DNA of 64,000 bases from a bacterium (GTDB lineage: Bacteria; Patescibacteriota; Patescibacteriia; UBA1558; UBA10009). Both the position numbers and the translations under genes were made by a program. Below are positions 9,394 to 20,000 of the stretch, one piece after another. The stretch is taken from assembly GCA_018672055.1 (NCBI GenBank), contig JABHGM010000001.1:72884-136883 (forward strand). Direction: 5' to 3'. The notes under the pieces were generated by a model that was not told the origin of the DNA, ran no database searches, and saw only the letters and a program-made list of their open reading frames with translations. Numbering within the stretch: the stretch's first letter is position 1; the number at the start of each line of letters is the position of its first letter.

Positions 9394-9954
9394 TTATTTA
9401 TAACCTATTATTTTTTGTAATTTTTTAACTTTATTCCAATTAATTAACCTATCAGCATCAAAATGATACTTTGGATTAAAATATAATAAATCAGCCACAG
9501 CTCTCTCTAAAGTAGCTAGCCTAATTCCATCTTTTTCAATAATACCTGCATCATTATATAGATAATCATCTTTAAGCTGTCTAACAATGTAATTATTATC
9601 TACAATAGTAAATCTTTTTGATGATGAAGAAATTAAAGTAATATAATCTGTCTTTTGGTTAATAATGCCTAAATCAAATAAAATTGACTCTGCACTAACA
9701 TATGAATATTTGTGTAAAGCCTTAATACCTAATAAGTAAGGGTTAACTTGAGAAATAGGTTTAATAGAATAAAAACCTCTATGGACTCTAAATAATAACC
9801 CTTTTTGGGTATAACGCTTTAAAGTAGTATATAACGTGTTTAAGTTAGTAATTCCCCATAGATTAGCTAAATCATTGAAATAAAAAACTACCTCATTCAA
9901 ACTAACTAACTGAGAAAATCTCTTAAGGGCTGTGTTATATTTTACTGTACTCAT
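9394..9954 (-). CDS. abiEi: AbiEi antitoxin / transcriptional regulator (type IV TA system)
   Basis: 186 aa with a winged-helix-like N-terminus. Encoded immediately upstream (3-nt gap) of the AbiEii toxin gene, the canonical AbiE operon order. Confidence 0.55.
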   Translation of the reverse strand: MSTVKYNTALKRFSQLVSLNEVVFYFNDLANLWGITNLNTLYTTLKRYTQKGLLFRVHRGFYSIKPISQVNPYLLGIKALHKYSYVSAESILFDLGIINQKTDYITLISSSSKRFTIVDNNYIVRQLKDDYLYNDAGIIEKDGIRLATLERAVADLLYFNPKYHFDADRLINWNKVKKLQKIIGYK

Positions 9955-10207
9955 ATGTACAGTATATCATAACATAAATTTTATGTCAAATATCAATATA
10001 AAGCTATTATACCTATATTACTAAATAGACCTGTCCCCTCTTTACTATAAAATTATATGAAGCTTAAATTCTAATATTTTTCACTATTTATTTAAAAAAT
10101 ATTAATCTTTAATAATACTTGACAAAAGACATTTTTTTTGCCAAAATACTATAACACTGAATAATCAGTGTAATTTAACCACGTACTTTCTTATTTTAAA
10201 GAAAGGC

Positions 10208-10230
10208 TCCTAAAAACATTGTTTTTAGGA
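10208..10230 (+). promoter_or_regulatory. Perfect 10-bp stem-loop in the rpsF 5' leader; possible S6:S18 autoregulatory element
   Basis: TCCTAAAAAC-att-GTTTTTAGGA sits 16 nt upstream of the rpsF ATG. rpsF operons in many bacteria carry an S6:S18-binding leader. Identity is inferred, not demonstrated. Confidence 0.3.
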
Positions 10231-10245
10231 TAAATTACTACAATT

Positions 10246-10734
10246 ATGAATACAGAATTAACTCATTATGAACTTACCTACATAATTCCAGGTAATGTTC
10301 CAGAGGATGAACATCCTAAAATCTTAGAAAAAGTAAATGAGCTTCTTACAAAATTTGAAGCTGAAGTTACTTCAAATGAAGATCTAGGCAGACGTAAATT
10401 TGCTTATCCAATTAATCACTTACGTCATGGTTTTTACCACACCCTAGAGTTTGATTTAGCTGCTTCTAATGTCAAGAAATTAGAAGATGAAATGAAGCTA
10501 GACTCCAATGTCTTGCGTTTTTTAATTATTAAAAAACGTTTAGTTACTGAAGAAGAGAAAAAAGAAGAAAAGAAAGTTATTGAAAAGATAGCTAAGACTA
10601 AAATAGCTAAAGTCGAGAAAAAAGAAGCTGACAAAGAAAAAGCTGATAAGCAACAAAAAGAAGATAAGAAAAAAATAAGTTTAGAAGACTTAGATAAAAA
10701 ACTTGATGAATTATTAGATGAAGAAGTAATATAA
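10246..10734 (+). CDS. rpsF: 30S ribosomal protein S6 with K/E-rich C-terminal extension
   Basis: YELTYIIPGNVPEDEHPKILEKVNELL...GRRKFAYPINHLRHGFYHTLEF. Position at the head of the rpsF-ssb-rpsR operon. Confidence 0.9.
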   Translation: MNTELTHYELTYIIPGNVPEDEHPKILEKVNELLTKFEAEVTSNEDLGRRKFAYPINHLRHGFYHTLEFDLAASNVKKLEDEMKLDSNVLRFLIIKKRLVTEEEKKEEKKVIEKIAKTKIAKVEKKEADKEKADKQQKEDKKKISLEDLDKKLDELLDEEVI

Positions 10735-10753
10735 CTATTAAATATTTAAAAAT

Positions 10754-11221
10754 ATGGATTTAAACAAAGCCATGATAATTGGCAACTTAACAAGAGACCC
10801 AGAGATAAAAACTACTCCTAATGGTCAAACTGTAGCTAACTTTGGTGTAGCTACTAACTTAACTTGGACTGATCAAAGTGGTCAGAAGCAAGAAAAAGCT
10901 GAATTCCATAATATTGTAGCTTGGAGAAAATTAGCTGAAATTATGGGTCAATACTTAAAAAAAGGTAGTAAAGTATATATTGAAGGTAGACTACAAACAA
11001 GATCATGGGAAGATCAGAATAGTGTAAAAAAATATAGGACTGAAATAATTGCAGATAATATGATTATGCTAGGTAGTAAACCTGGTGCTTCTGCCCCATC
11101 AGAAGGTGAACAAGCAGCTCCTAAACATGATTACGCTCAACCAGAACCAGAAGTAAGCAAGCCTGTTGAAACAAATAACCAAGCTGAAGAAGAAATTAAT
11201 GTTGAAGATATTCCCTTTTAA
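10754..11221 (+). CDS. ssb: Single-stranded DNA-binding protein
   Basis: OB-fold N-terminus (MIIGNLTRDPEIKTTPNGQTVANFGVATN...WRKLAEI...VYIEGRLQTRSWED), acidic tail ending DIPF. Sits between rpsF and rpsR. Confidence 0.9.
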   Translation: MDLNKAMIIGNLTRDPEIKTTPNGQTVANFGVATNLTWTDQSGQKQEKAEFHNIVAWRKLAEIMGQYLKKGSKVYIEGRLQTRSWEDQNSVKKYRTEIIADNMIMLGSKPGASAPSEGEQAAPKHDYAQPEPEVSKPVETNNQAEEEINVEDIPF

Positions 11222-11224
11222 TTA

Positions 11225-11473
11225 ATGAATAATAATACTATGACAAAACAATCTCAAAATCTATTAAATAAAAAACGTTATTGCTATTTCTGTGTAAACA
11301 TAACTAAAGATATGGATTACAAACAATGGCAACAATTACAACGTTTTACTTCATCTTACGGTAAAATTGTACCAAGAAGAAGAAGTGGTGTTTGCTTAAA
11401 GCACCAAAGAAAATTATCTAAAGCTTTAAAAAGAGCTAGATTCATGGCTCTCTTACCATATACAACTAGATAA
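11225..11473 (+). CDS. rpsR: 30S ribosomal protein S18
   Basis: YCYFC...DYKQWQQLQRFTSSYGKIVPRRRSGVCLKHQRKLSKALKRARFMALLPY. Confidence 0.9.
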   Translation: MNNNTMTKQSQNLLNKKRYCYFCVNITKDMDYKQWQQLQRFTSSYGKIVPRRRSGVCLKHQRKLSKALKRARFMALLPYTTR

Positions 11474-11475
11474 AT

Positions 11476-12033
11476 ATGTATTCAATTAGTGACTTAAAAG
11501 TTGGTACTATCATTTCTTATGATAACCAACCATACGTTATTGCCTCAGCACAACATATTAAAGTAGCCAGAGGTGGAGCTAACTTAAAAACTAAGCTTAA
11601 AAACTTAATAACTGGCTCAACATTAGATAAAACATTCAGTGGTGCTGATAAAATAGATGAAGCTGATATTGAAAGATCTAAAGCTAACTTTCTATATGCT
11701 TCAGGTTCAAATTATACTTTCATGGATAATCAATCATATGAACAATTTGAATTAGATAAAGAATTAATTGGGGCATCAGCTGAATTATTAAAAGACGGAC
11801 AAACTGTAGATGTAATGCTTTTTAAAGAGAAGCCAGTTATTGTTAAACTGCCAGTTAAAGTTGAATTAAAGGTTACTGAAAGCCCTCCAGGCGTTAAAGG
11901 TGATACAGCAGGCAGTGCTACTAAAATGATTACCTTAGAAACAGGTAAACGGATAAAAGCACCTTTATTTATAAATCAAAATGATTTAATAAGGGTAAAC
12001 ACAGAAACTGGCGAATACGTAGAAAGAGTATAA
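11476..12033 (+). CDS. efp: Elongation factor P
   Basis: SDLKVGTIISYDNQPYVIASAQHIKVARGGANLKTKLKNLITGS...GVKGDTAGSATKMITLETG. Confidence 0.9.
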   Translation: MYSISDLKVGTIISYDNQPYVIASAQHIKVARGGANLKTKLKNLITGSTLDKTFSGADKIDEADIERSKANFLYASGSNYTFMDNQSYEQFELDKELIGASAELLKDGQTVDVMLFKEKPVIVKLPVKVELKVTESPPGVKGDTAGSATKMITLETGKRIKAPLFINQNDLIRVNTETGEYVERV

Positions 12034-12057
12034 TATATAATTTAGCTATAATTAGCC

Positions 12058-12085
12058 TAAAAATGGTAGAAATACCATTTTTATG
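12058..12085 (+). terminator. Rho-independent terminator after efp
   Basis: AAAAATGGTA-gaaa-TACCATTTTT hairpin plus T-run. Confidence 0.6.
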
Positions 12086-12086
12086 A

Positions 12087-12115
12087 TTGACAAAATATAT
12101 AAAATATGCTATACT
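12087..12115 (+). promoter_or_regulatory. Sigma70-like promoter TTGACA-N17-TATACT
   Basis: Consensus -35 and -10 hexamers with 17-nt spacing, upstream of the 78-aa membrane protein gene. Confidence 0.5.
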
Positions 12116-12154
12116 TATATATCATTGTACATTATATATTTTCGTAATCTCCTC

Positions 12155-12206
12155 TTAAGTTAAGGCTAAAGCGTTTAAATCATTATGCCTTTTAGCCTTA
12201 ACTTAA
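12155..12206 (+). promoter_or_regulatory. Long perfect 16-bp stem-loop in the 5' UTR of the 12225 gene
   Basis: TTAAGTTAAGGCTAAA ... TTTAGCCTTAACTTAA with a 20-nt loop, followed by SD AAGGAG and ATG. Confidence 0.5.
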
Positions 12207-12224
12207 CAAACAAAGGAGAATCTC

Positions 12225-12461
12225 ATGTATGAGATAAATGATAATCAAACGCCATGGTGGGGGACTGAAAGGAGATGGAAAAATTGGTGGAGTAATTATC
12301 CTTGGATAATAATTTTTCCTATAGGTATTATATTAATGCTTATTCCTAATCCGATAAGTCTCTATATTGGAGCACACTTAGTTGGTTACACATTAATGAT
12401 ACTCGTAGGTATAGGTATAGCAATTTTAATATTTGCATTAATATGGAGAGTAAATAAATGA
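12225..12461 (+). CDS. Small Trp-rich two-TM membrane protein, hypothetical
   Basis: Strong SD (AAAGGAGA, 7-nt spacer), own promoter and downstream terminator. Two predicted hydrophobic helices. Confidence 0.5.
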   Translation: MYEINDNQTPWWGTERRWKNWWSNYPWIIIFPIGIILMLIPNPISLYIGAHLVGYTLMILVGIGIAILIFALIWRVNK

Positions 12462-12478
12462 CGACCCAAACATTAAAA

Positions 12479-12510
12479 CAGCCGGTTATTCAATGAATAA
12501 CCGGCTTTAA
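12479..12510. terminator. Bidirectional rho-independent terminator between convergent genes
   Basis: CAGCCGGTTATTCA-atgaataACCGGCTT; a perfect GC-containing stem flanked by A/T runs. Confidence 0.65.
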
Positions 12511-12528
12511 CTTTATATTAATTTTATT

Positions 12529-13797
12529 TTATTTCAAAACTAATTTTCCTTCTTCAGCTACTATATCTCTCCAATAAAAGTTATTATCTTTCAAATCAGC
12601 AAAAGTCAGCGATAAATATTTTTCTTCATTATGTTTTTTTAAAATATTTGCTAAATGAATCATGATTATGACACTATCATGATTTTTTAATGAAAAATTC
12701 TTATCAAATAACATCTTCAAAAACTGTCCATGCAATATAATACGTTGATCTTTATTAGATAAACTTAATGTGTCTAAACCTGCAAATCCTTTAATGAATT
12801 CTACTTGCCAAGTATTAAATATAGAAACCTTTTCAAGTAAACTAAATTTACTATTTTCTATTAAATTAAATAATAAATTCATTACTAATTTTATATCTTT
12901 TTCACTTATTGCCCTATCAAGTCTATTTATAATTTCTGAATCATCAAATATTGTTTTTGACTCGATATTAGCGAAATATTCACTTATTATTTTATTATAT
13001 GAATCTAAAAATTCATTTTTATTTTTTTCTTTATCTAAATCTTTACCAAATTCATCTTGTAATTCTGTTGTCTCTTCATCATCACTTACCTCATTAACAT
13101 CAAATATATATGGCTGCTTATAATAATTCCCATAATTTTCAGGGTTAGCAAATATATTAAACAGCTTTATAATTCTTTTTAAAGTTGTTTGATCTTCACT
13201 ATTAAGCTTCTTCACATCTTCATTATTTGATATATAACCTGATAATCCTAAACCATTCATTCGACTAGGCCTACCTTCCGTAAAAATTATATAATCATTA
13301 ACCCAATCTTTTATTAATGGAACAGATCTTCCTTTATTAACAGAATAAGAAACATTTTCAGATCCAAGCTTCTCTTCATTTTCCCTTATAGATCCAGTAA
13401 AAGCAGAAATATTAATATAAAAATCTTCTTTAAGCCATCTGGTATAACTAACAAGTAAAGTTAAAATTGGTAATTTATTCTTAAATATAAAAAGTAAATT
13501 ATCTTTTAGTATGTTCTTTATTTGATCTAAACTAAAATTAATTATGGATAATACTTCTAATTTTTTTAGTTCTACATGATACTTGTTATATAAATTTAAA
13601 TTTTGTTTCTTCAACTTACTATCATTTTTATCAAAAACTTCTTTCAATAATTTATATAATAAATAACTATCACCTGGCTCAAGAGAAATAATAAAATCAT
13701 CAACAAATGTTTTTATAAATTTTAAGTTATTGCTGTCTAAAAAATCAGTAATTTGCCAACTATCTATTTTAAGTTCTTCCATTCTTGATCCACTCAT
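12529..13797 (-). CDS. Hypothetical protein, last gene of the giant-protein operon
   Basis: 422-aa ORF with no recognisable motifs. 3-nt gap to the upstream 1084-aa gene. Confidence 0.5.
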   Translation of the reverse strand: MSGSRMEELKIDSWQITDFLDSNNLKFIKTFVDDFIISLEPGDSYLLYKLLKEVFDKNDSKLKKQNLNLYNKYHVELKKLEVLSIINFSLDQIKNILKDNLLFIFKNKLPILTLLVSYTRWLKEDFYINISAFTGSIRENEEKLGSENVSYSVNKGRSVPLIKDWVNDYIIFTEGRPSRMNGLGLSGYISNNEDVKKLNSEDQTTLKRIIKLFNIFANPENYGNYYKQPYIFDVNEVSDDEETTELQDEFGKDLDKEKNKNEFLDSYNKIISEYFANIESKTIFDDSEIINRLDRAISEKDIKLVMNLLFNLIENSKFSLLEKVSIFNTWQVEFIKGFAGLDTLSLSNKDQRIILHGQFLKMLFDKNFSLKNHDSVIIMIHLANILKKHNEEKYLSLTFADLKDNNFYWRDIVAEEGKLVLK

Positions 13798-13800
13798 ATT

Positions 13801-16800
13801 TTATTTTCTTTTATCATTAATAAATTCATCTATTGCCATTTTACCTGTATTGTTATCTTTAATTTTATCCTTAATATCATTTAAGCTATTTGTTAAATCC
13901 CCCATTAGAAAATTCATTACAGATCTATTTTCTCTAAATTGCTTTTTAATTTGTCTTTTTAGTATTTCAATAAATTCTAATCTGGCCATAGAACTTGCTC
14001 TCCAATCTTTTCCCTTCAATTGACCAATTTCGACCATAGAACTTTCTAAAACTAAACCTATAGAACCATTAACAAGCTGCTCTTTATTATTATTTTTAAC
14101 ACCTTTTTTAATATCTGTAACCTTCTGTTTACCAAAATCATCTAAAGTCATAGCAACTTTATCTAAACCATTAATTACATCTTGTATTGACTGGTTAACA
14201 TTGGCAGATTTTTCACCCTTCTCACCCTTCTCAGATTTTTCACCCTTCTCACCCTTCTCGCCCTTCTCAGATTTTTCACCCTTCTTACCCTTCTCAGATT
14301 TTTCACCCTTCTTACCATCTTTAGCCTTCTTACCCTTCTTAGGACTTCTTATTTCATCTTCCAAATCTTCTTCGCCAGGACCTCCATTAATATACATTCT
14401 ATGTTTTTCATAGCCATAATTTTTAACTGATTTTGCAATTTTATCACCAACTATAAATCTACTCTCACTGCCATCTTCAGAATCTACTTTTTCTACATCA
14501 TATACTGCCCCATTTGCAGCATTAATAGCTATCATTTTTCCCGTTATCTTAGACTTGCCGTCCTTATCTCTTATAAATTTACCATCTTTATCTTTTTCTT
14601 TTTCATCAAATTTAACAATCATAAAACCTGTTTTTGATCCTTGTCTTACTTCAATAGCAGCACCCTTAGCATAGTTTCTGTTAGCCTCTGAATTATCAGA
14701 TACAAATTGGGCGCCTGATTTATCATATGAAGCTATACCATTACGCATACTAGCATCTAAGACACTTAAAAATACTCTTAAATCGCTAACAGACTTATAA
14801 TCATGAGCTTTAGTATGTTCAGATTCGTCTTTGCTGAGTGGTGCTCCAAGAGCGCTACCACCAACATTAGTATTACCTGTTCTTGATTTTGTAGCACTAG
14901 CAACCTTATATATTTCATTACTATTACCAGACAATTCATGCATCCTTCTATATGATTCATCAATATCACAACTAGCATTAGTACCATCTCCCATTCTGGC
15001 ACTATACATATGAGCCTGACCTCTTTCTGGACCATCACGCTTAGAAGCTTCAGTTAAACGTTCTCTGGCTACTTCAGTTAATCCATTTTTATCTTTTATA
15101 GTATAATCTAATAACCTCTGTTTACCAGTTTCTGGGTCTGCCCTTACCCAGCCAACATCTTCCCAATGACCATTCGCCCATGCTGGCTCCTCTAAATCAT
15201 ACACAACATCCTTTCCAGCATCAGATTCATCTCCATTATGATCCATAATGATATATTCTTTGAAAAACTTACCCTTCTTTTTAGGTGGCTCTATCTCTAC
15301 ATGGCCATAAATTAATCTTTGTTCTGCTCCTGTGAGAACTTTATTTAATTTATCAAATTCCTTATCTTTTTCCTCTTTTGATAATCCTTTCCATTTTTGT
15401 TCCTTATCCGTTTCATTATATAAATCCTCTTCTCTTTTTTCATCATAGGCAATAGAAGCATTAGAAATTTCTACTTCTAAGTCCTCACCTTTAAAACCTT
15501 CATCTTCTTTTTTTTGCTTAATATCTTTAAGATAATAATATTTTTTTTCTTCTTCAGAACCCTTCTCCATTAAATCTTCCATTATCCTAGGTATGGACAT
15601 TAAATCATCAATCCAAGATTCTTTAGAAGCGTAAGCAAATAGTCCACGAATTACTCTATCTTTTTCGGTGCTAGGTTTCATATCTAATGCTAAATCAAAT
15701 TTAGCCATAACATCTTGCAAACCAGAGACATTCATATCCTCAACTTTAGTTTTTGCTATTCTTGATTCTGCAGTTGTTGCATGAGAAGTTTGTAATTTTC
15801 CACCAGTCATAATTTTATTATAAAAATCATAAGCTTGTGCTGAAGCAACTTGTCTTGATTCATCAAGCAAAACATCGCCACGCTTAGCGAGCCCTTCCCA
15901 ACCAGGTTTAGTCAAAAGCATTAAACTCTTTCTAAAAATACCTGCACCTTCGGCCGTTGCCGAATCCAATACCTTCCTTTCTACATACTTACCGCTTCTT
16001 TTAGCGACAGTTTTTGCCAAGAATCCTGCTCCCTTAAATGATGCTGTAATTGGAGCTAGACCTGCCTTTATAGATCCCTTGCCTATGTCTGATAACTTAG
16101 TTCCTATTTTCCCAGCTATAGTCCCAGCTGCTCCACTCGCTTTTTGACTAAACATTAAAGCCATCCATAATAGAGCTATTGAAACGATAAAAGTAAAAAG
16201 TTTTGGCGTTTCACTTATTGCTGAAACAGTAACTGAAAATTTTTCTTCACTTCCTTCTTTATATTCTATATCCTGCCCACTAACTTCTCCGTATTTAATA
16301 ACATTAGGATCATTAGAAAATTGATTTAATATTGCGCTATCACTTGTTATTGAAAGACTTAATATGGAAAGAGAAAGCCACATAAAAAAAGCTAAAACAA
16401 TACCAATAGTTATTTCTTTAAAAAAATGACCCCAGAATTCAGACCAATATTTTTGTAAATTTGGAAAAGTGTATGCAATAAAAGCAATTGGAGAGATTAT
16501 TACTAAAATCCATAATGTTAATATTCTAAATAAAAGTACTACGAAAAATGCAGCTATAGTAAAACAAGCCACGATTAATAATATTAAACCTAATAAAAGT
16601 CCGCCAAATGCTTCAAAACTTTCACCATCATCATTAACAGTCATACTCAAAATATGTTCAAGCCCAAACGCACTATTTAAATTAATTAAAAGAGCTCCTT
16701 TAAACCCATTTACAAAAGTAAGCATAACTACCTGACTAACATCAATTAAAAAACCAAGAATTGTTTTAGAAAAATTAATTAAAATAGCCATGATAATCAA

Positions 16801-17055
16801 CTTAAATAAAGTTGTCTTATAATGGTATACAGATATTTTTAAAATTGTACCAAAAGCAATAATTAATAATATTACTACCACCGTCATATTACAAACATCC
16901 CTAACTAATGGCCAACCTATTTGCACTGCTTCTGAACTTAAAAAATTATTGTATTGAAAAATAACAACCAATCGCTCCATAAACCAAGCAAGAAGTGTGG
17001 CAGTGAGACTGATAATCTCCATCAAAAGCCAATTTATCATGTTGAAAAAATCCAT
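13801..17055 (-). CDS. Large polytopic membrane protein (N-terminal ~7 TM, large hydrophilic C-terminal region with (GEKSEK)n repeat)
   Basis: N-terminal 330 aa are dominated by hydrophobic helices. Gly/Ala-rich linker. C-terminal KGEKSEKGKKGEKSEKGEKGEKGEKSEKGEKGEKS low-complexity tract. Immediately downstream of the giant secreted protein gene. Confidence 0.6.
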   Translation of the reverse strand: MDFFNMINWLLMEIISLTATLLAWFMERLVVIFQYNNFLSSEAVQIGWPLVRDVCNMTVVVILLIIAFGTILKISVYHYKTTLFKLIIMAILINFSKTILGFLIDVSQVVMLTFVNGFKGALLINLNSAFGLEHILSMTVNDDGESFEAFGGLLLGLILLIVACFTIAAFFVVLLFRILTLWILVIISPIAFIAYTFPNLQKYWSEFWGHFFKEITIGIVLAFFMWLSLSILSLSITSDSAILNQFSNDPNVIKYGEVSGQDIEYKEGSEEKFSVTVSAISETPKLFTFIVSIALLWMALMFSQKASGAAGTIAGKIGTKLSDIGKGSIKAGLAPITASFKGAGFLAKTVAKRSGKYVERKVLDSATAEGAGIFRKSLMLLTKPGWEGLAKRGDVLLDESRQVASAQAYDFYNKIMTGGKLQTSHATTAESRIAKTKVEDMNVSGLQDVMAKFDLALDMKPSTEKDRVIRGLFAYASKESWIDDLMSIPRIMEDLMEKGSEEEKKYYYLKDIKQKKEDEGFKGEDLEVEISNASIAYDEKREEDLYNETDKEQKWKGLSKEEKDKEFDKLNKVLTGAEQRLIYGHVEIEPPKKKGKFFKEYIIMDHNGDESDAGKDVVYDLEEPAWANGHWEDVGWVRADPETGKQRLLDYTIKDKNGLTEVARERLTEASKRDGPERGQAHMYSARMGDGTNASCDIDESYRRMHELSGNSNEIYKVASATKSRTGNTNVGGSALGAPLSKDESEHTKAHDYKSVSDLRVFLSVLDASMRNGIASYDKSGAQFVSDNSEANRNYAKGAAIEVRQGSKTGFMIVKFDEKEKDKDGKFIRDKDGKSKITGKMIAINAANGAVYDVEKVDSEDGSESRFIVGDKIAKSVKNYGYEKHRMYINGGPGEEDLEDEIRSPKKGKKAKDGKKGEKSEKGKKGEKSEKGEKGEKGEKSEKGEKGEKSANVNQSIQDVINGLDKVAMTLDDFGKQKVTDIKKGVKNNNKEQLVNGSIGLVLESSMVEIGQLKGKDWRASSMARLEFIEILKRQIKKQFRENRSVMNFLMGDLTNSLNDIKDKIKDNNTGKMAIDEFINDKRK
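14205..14345. repeat. Coding 9/18-nt tandem repeat (cacccttct / cagattttt units) encoding a (GEK/SEK)n tract
   Basis: Direct visual periodicity of ttcacccttctcagattttt units inside the 13801..17055 CDS. Confidence 0.7.
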
Positions 17056-17061
17056 ATATTA

Positions 17062-20000
17062 TTATCTAGGAATAATTTGTATTTGACCATTAAACTGAGG
17101 TGATGAACCTAAATCACATCTTTCATTACCGTAAATTCCACTACTACACCATCCCCAATGATCTTTAACTGAAATGGTTGGTCCAGAATAATAGCAAATA
17201 CCATCATCTGCATCAATCCAATTTTCTATGTTAGTATCCCAACATTTACTACATCTGTCCCCTTCAGTATTAGTTACACAACTATATACATGTTTAACTT
17301 TATGAGGACTGCTTTCTTGAGGTCTATTATTAATTGGACCTGAAAAACTTTGAATATCACTTGGACTTGGACCATCATTCCATTTAATTAATATTTCTTC
17401 TATAGGTAATTGATCTGGATTACCCATTATAGTATTAAAGCTAAGATTAACTGCTCCCCCTGGTGCAGTAAGTGTTATAACACCACTACTATCATTTAAT
17501 TCAATATTTGTAACTTGAGGAGCCACTCCTTCTTCCTCAACAACAGAAATCTTCCCATCAGCATCATCAAAATCATCTGTTACATCTTCATAATGTCCAT
17601 CTTCCCATTTATATACTCCATATACTTCAGCAAATAAATTTAATACCCTGTCTCTTAAAACATCTGCTAATTCTAAAGGCTCTCCAAGACAAACTGGATA
17701 AAGTGTTTGATTTAAACAATCTTGATTACCATTAGCTATATCACATGATGTATTATTAGTATTTCCATCTGCATTTGTACATAGAAAGCTGGATGTATCA
17801 GTCAGGTTACCACATGTTACATAATCTAGTTCTCCATCTTCAGTACATATATCATTATCTGCATTATCTTCACTATCAGCACACTCTGTATATTCAGTTT
17901 CACCGCTTGCATTTAAACAATATAAAACACCATTATTAGAGGATTGAATTTCACTACAAGTATTATACTCTTGAACTTGAGGACAATCTAAATCTGTAGC
18001 ACATATCTGATTATTAGTAACGCCAGAAGTTGAATCTGTATAACACATTCTATTTGTTGCTAGTATTGGTTTACGACAAGTTGGATATTTTGAATCAAAA
18101 CATTCTATACTAGCATTACAGGCTTGACCATTTGAAATATTAGCTGAGTTATAGCAATAATCTCCAACGCCAATACATATACCACTTAAATCAGCACCTG
18201 AATCATCTTCACATTCACTGCTATTAATACAAGTATTGCCTTCATTAAATCCGCCTAAGCATTCCCTATTTGAAACTGAATGTCCAGTATAAGTTGAAAA
18301 TGGTAAACCGCCTCTTGCAAAAATTTCTGGCTCATATGAACCATTAGGTATATTTGAATTAGAACCACTATGAATATTCAAAGGAACTGCTGGATTATCA
18401 ATGGAATTCCAACTATATGGATCACCTGCTGAAGGTTCAGAGACACTACCATATAAGTATGAATCTTCAACCATATTAGATTTCATATAACCCATTTCAT
18501 TTCCTTCATCAAAATCCCAGTTATTATTATATCTTGTAAACCAAGCTTTCTCTTTTTGACCACTCTCACTTGTATCTTTTACAGTTTTAACTAAATAACT
18601 ACATGATTCTTTCAAATGGAATATTAGTTGATATCCCCAAGTATCTTGATTATTACCATCGCCATCATCATCGTGACCATAATGTTCTATTTCTTCTATA
18701 TTTCCATTAATATCAAACTTGACTTTAACGCCTACCCTTTCTTCTCCTGAGCTATCACATGAACCATCTTCATTGTTCCATTTATCTGGATCTGTTTCAA
18801 CGCTATTTCTACAATATGCAAAGAATAGAGAATTATCATCAGACCATTCTAATAAGGTAAATGTTTCACCCGGATTTGGGAATTGCTTATCACCACCATT
18901 AGATATGGTTCTAGCTTCAATCTTATGAATATCTGATCGTTTTATATTCCATATTTCTTGATTATCACCATCTGTATAGAATGAAGTATAATCTTCCCCA
19001 GGGTAATACCACTCGTGTTCTTCATTTGAAACCTCAATATACTCAGTGCTCCATTCAAAACCATCATAACCACACTGCATATTACTTCCCCAGTTCCAAC
19101 ACTGATTACCATTATATATAGTCTCTTTGTAATGACTTGTACTTTCTAAACAGTAATAAAGAGGCATAGGACCAGTATAGTAGCTAGTAGCACTATCACC
19201 TAAAGATATTAATGATTCCCCAGATATATTATCTACTGGGTACCATTGTATACATGCTTCCTGGTTATTTGGATCATACTCTAAACAATAGCCATGCCAT
19301 CCATTATATTGCTTTAGATCGCTATAATTACAGCTAGGAGCATTATCAGTTGGATATAGTCTACAATCTTTAGTTAATAACTTATCATCAGAAACAAATA
19401 ATCCAGGTTCTATACTAAATTTATCAAACCAAACTAATCCAGTACCACCTGATTCTTCTGTTGTTGGTGCATCAATAGTAATACGAGCAGCCACAGCTCC
19501 GTCAGGAATAATTATTTCAGAATTTGATTCAGAAGGTTCATAAGAAATTAAGAATCTCTGCCAATTAACATTAGGTGTAAATATTTCTAAAGAATTAGAT
19601 AACTCATCACCAGATCCATCAAGCCAAGTAAGTCCAACCTTAATCTTTTGACTACCATTACTAGATTTTGCATAAAAACTTAAATTATATTGCATATTTG
19701 GATCAATACTAATCTGACTTTGATTTACAACTGAACAATTAAAATTACCATCTTCACCAACAACTGATTGTGATAAATCTACACTCAAACTATATGTACC
19801 ATCATAAACATTTAAATTATTATTTTCTATTCCATAATTACAATATTCTTCTTCACCAAACTGCCAACTTGATAATCCAGAAACTGAATCAATTAACTCA
19901 AAACTACTATTTGAAATAGCAACCGATCTACCTGTTTCTAACATTAATTCAGGTGGATAATAACCAGCTATAACCTTGTCAGTATTCCAAATTAAACCAG

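Noticed and set aside
14205-14345. Possible CRISPR array (short direct repeats).
   Set aside because: The repeats are 9/18 nt, contiguous with no spacers, in frame inside a long CDS, and encode a GEK/SEK tract.
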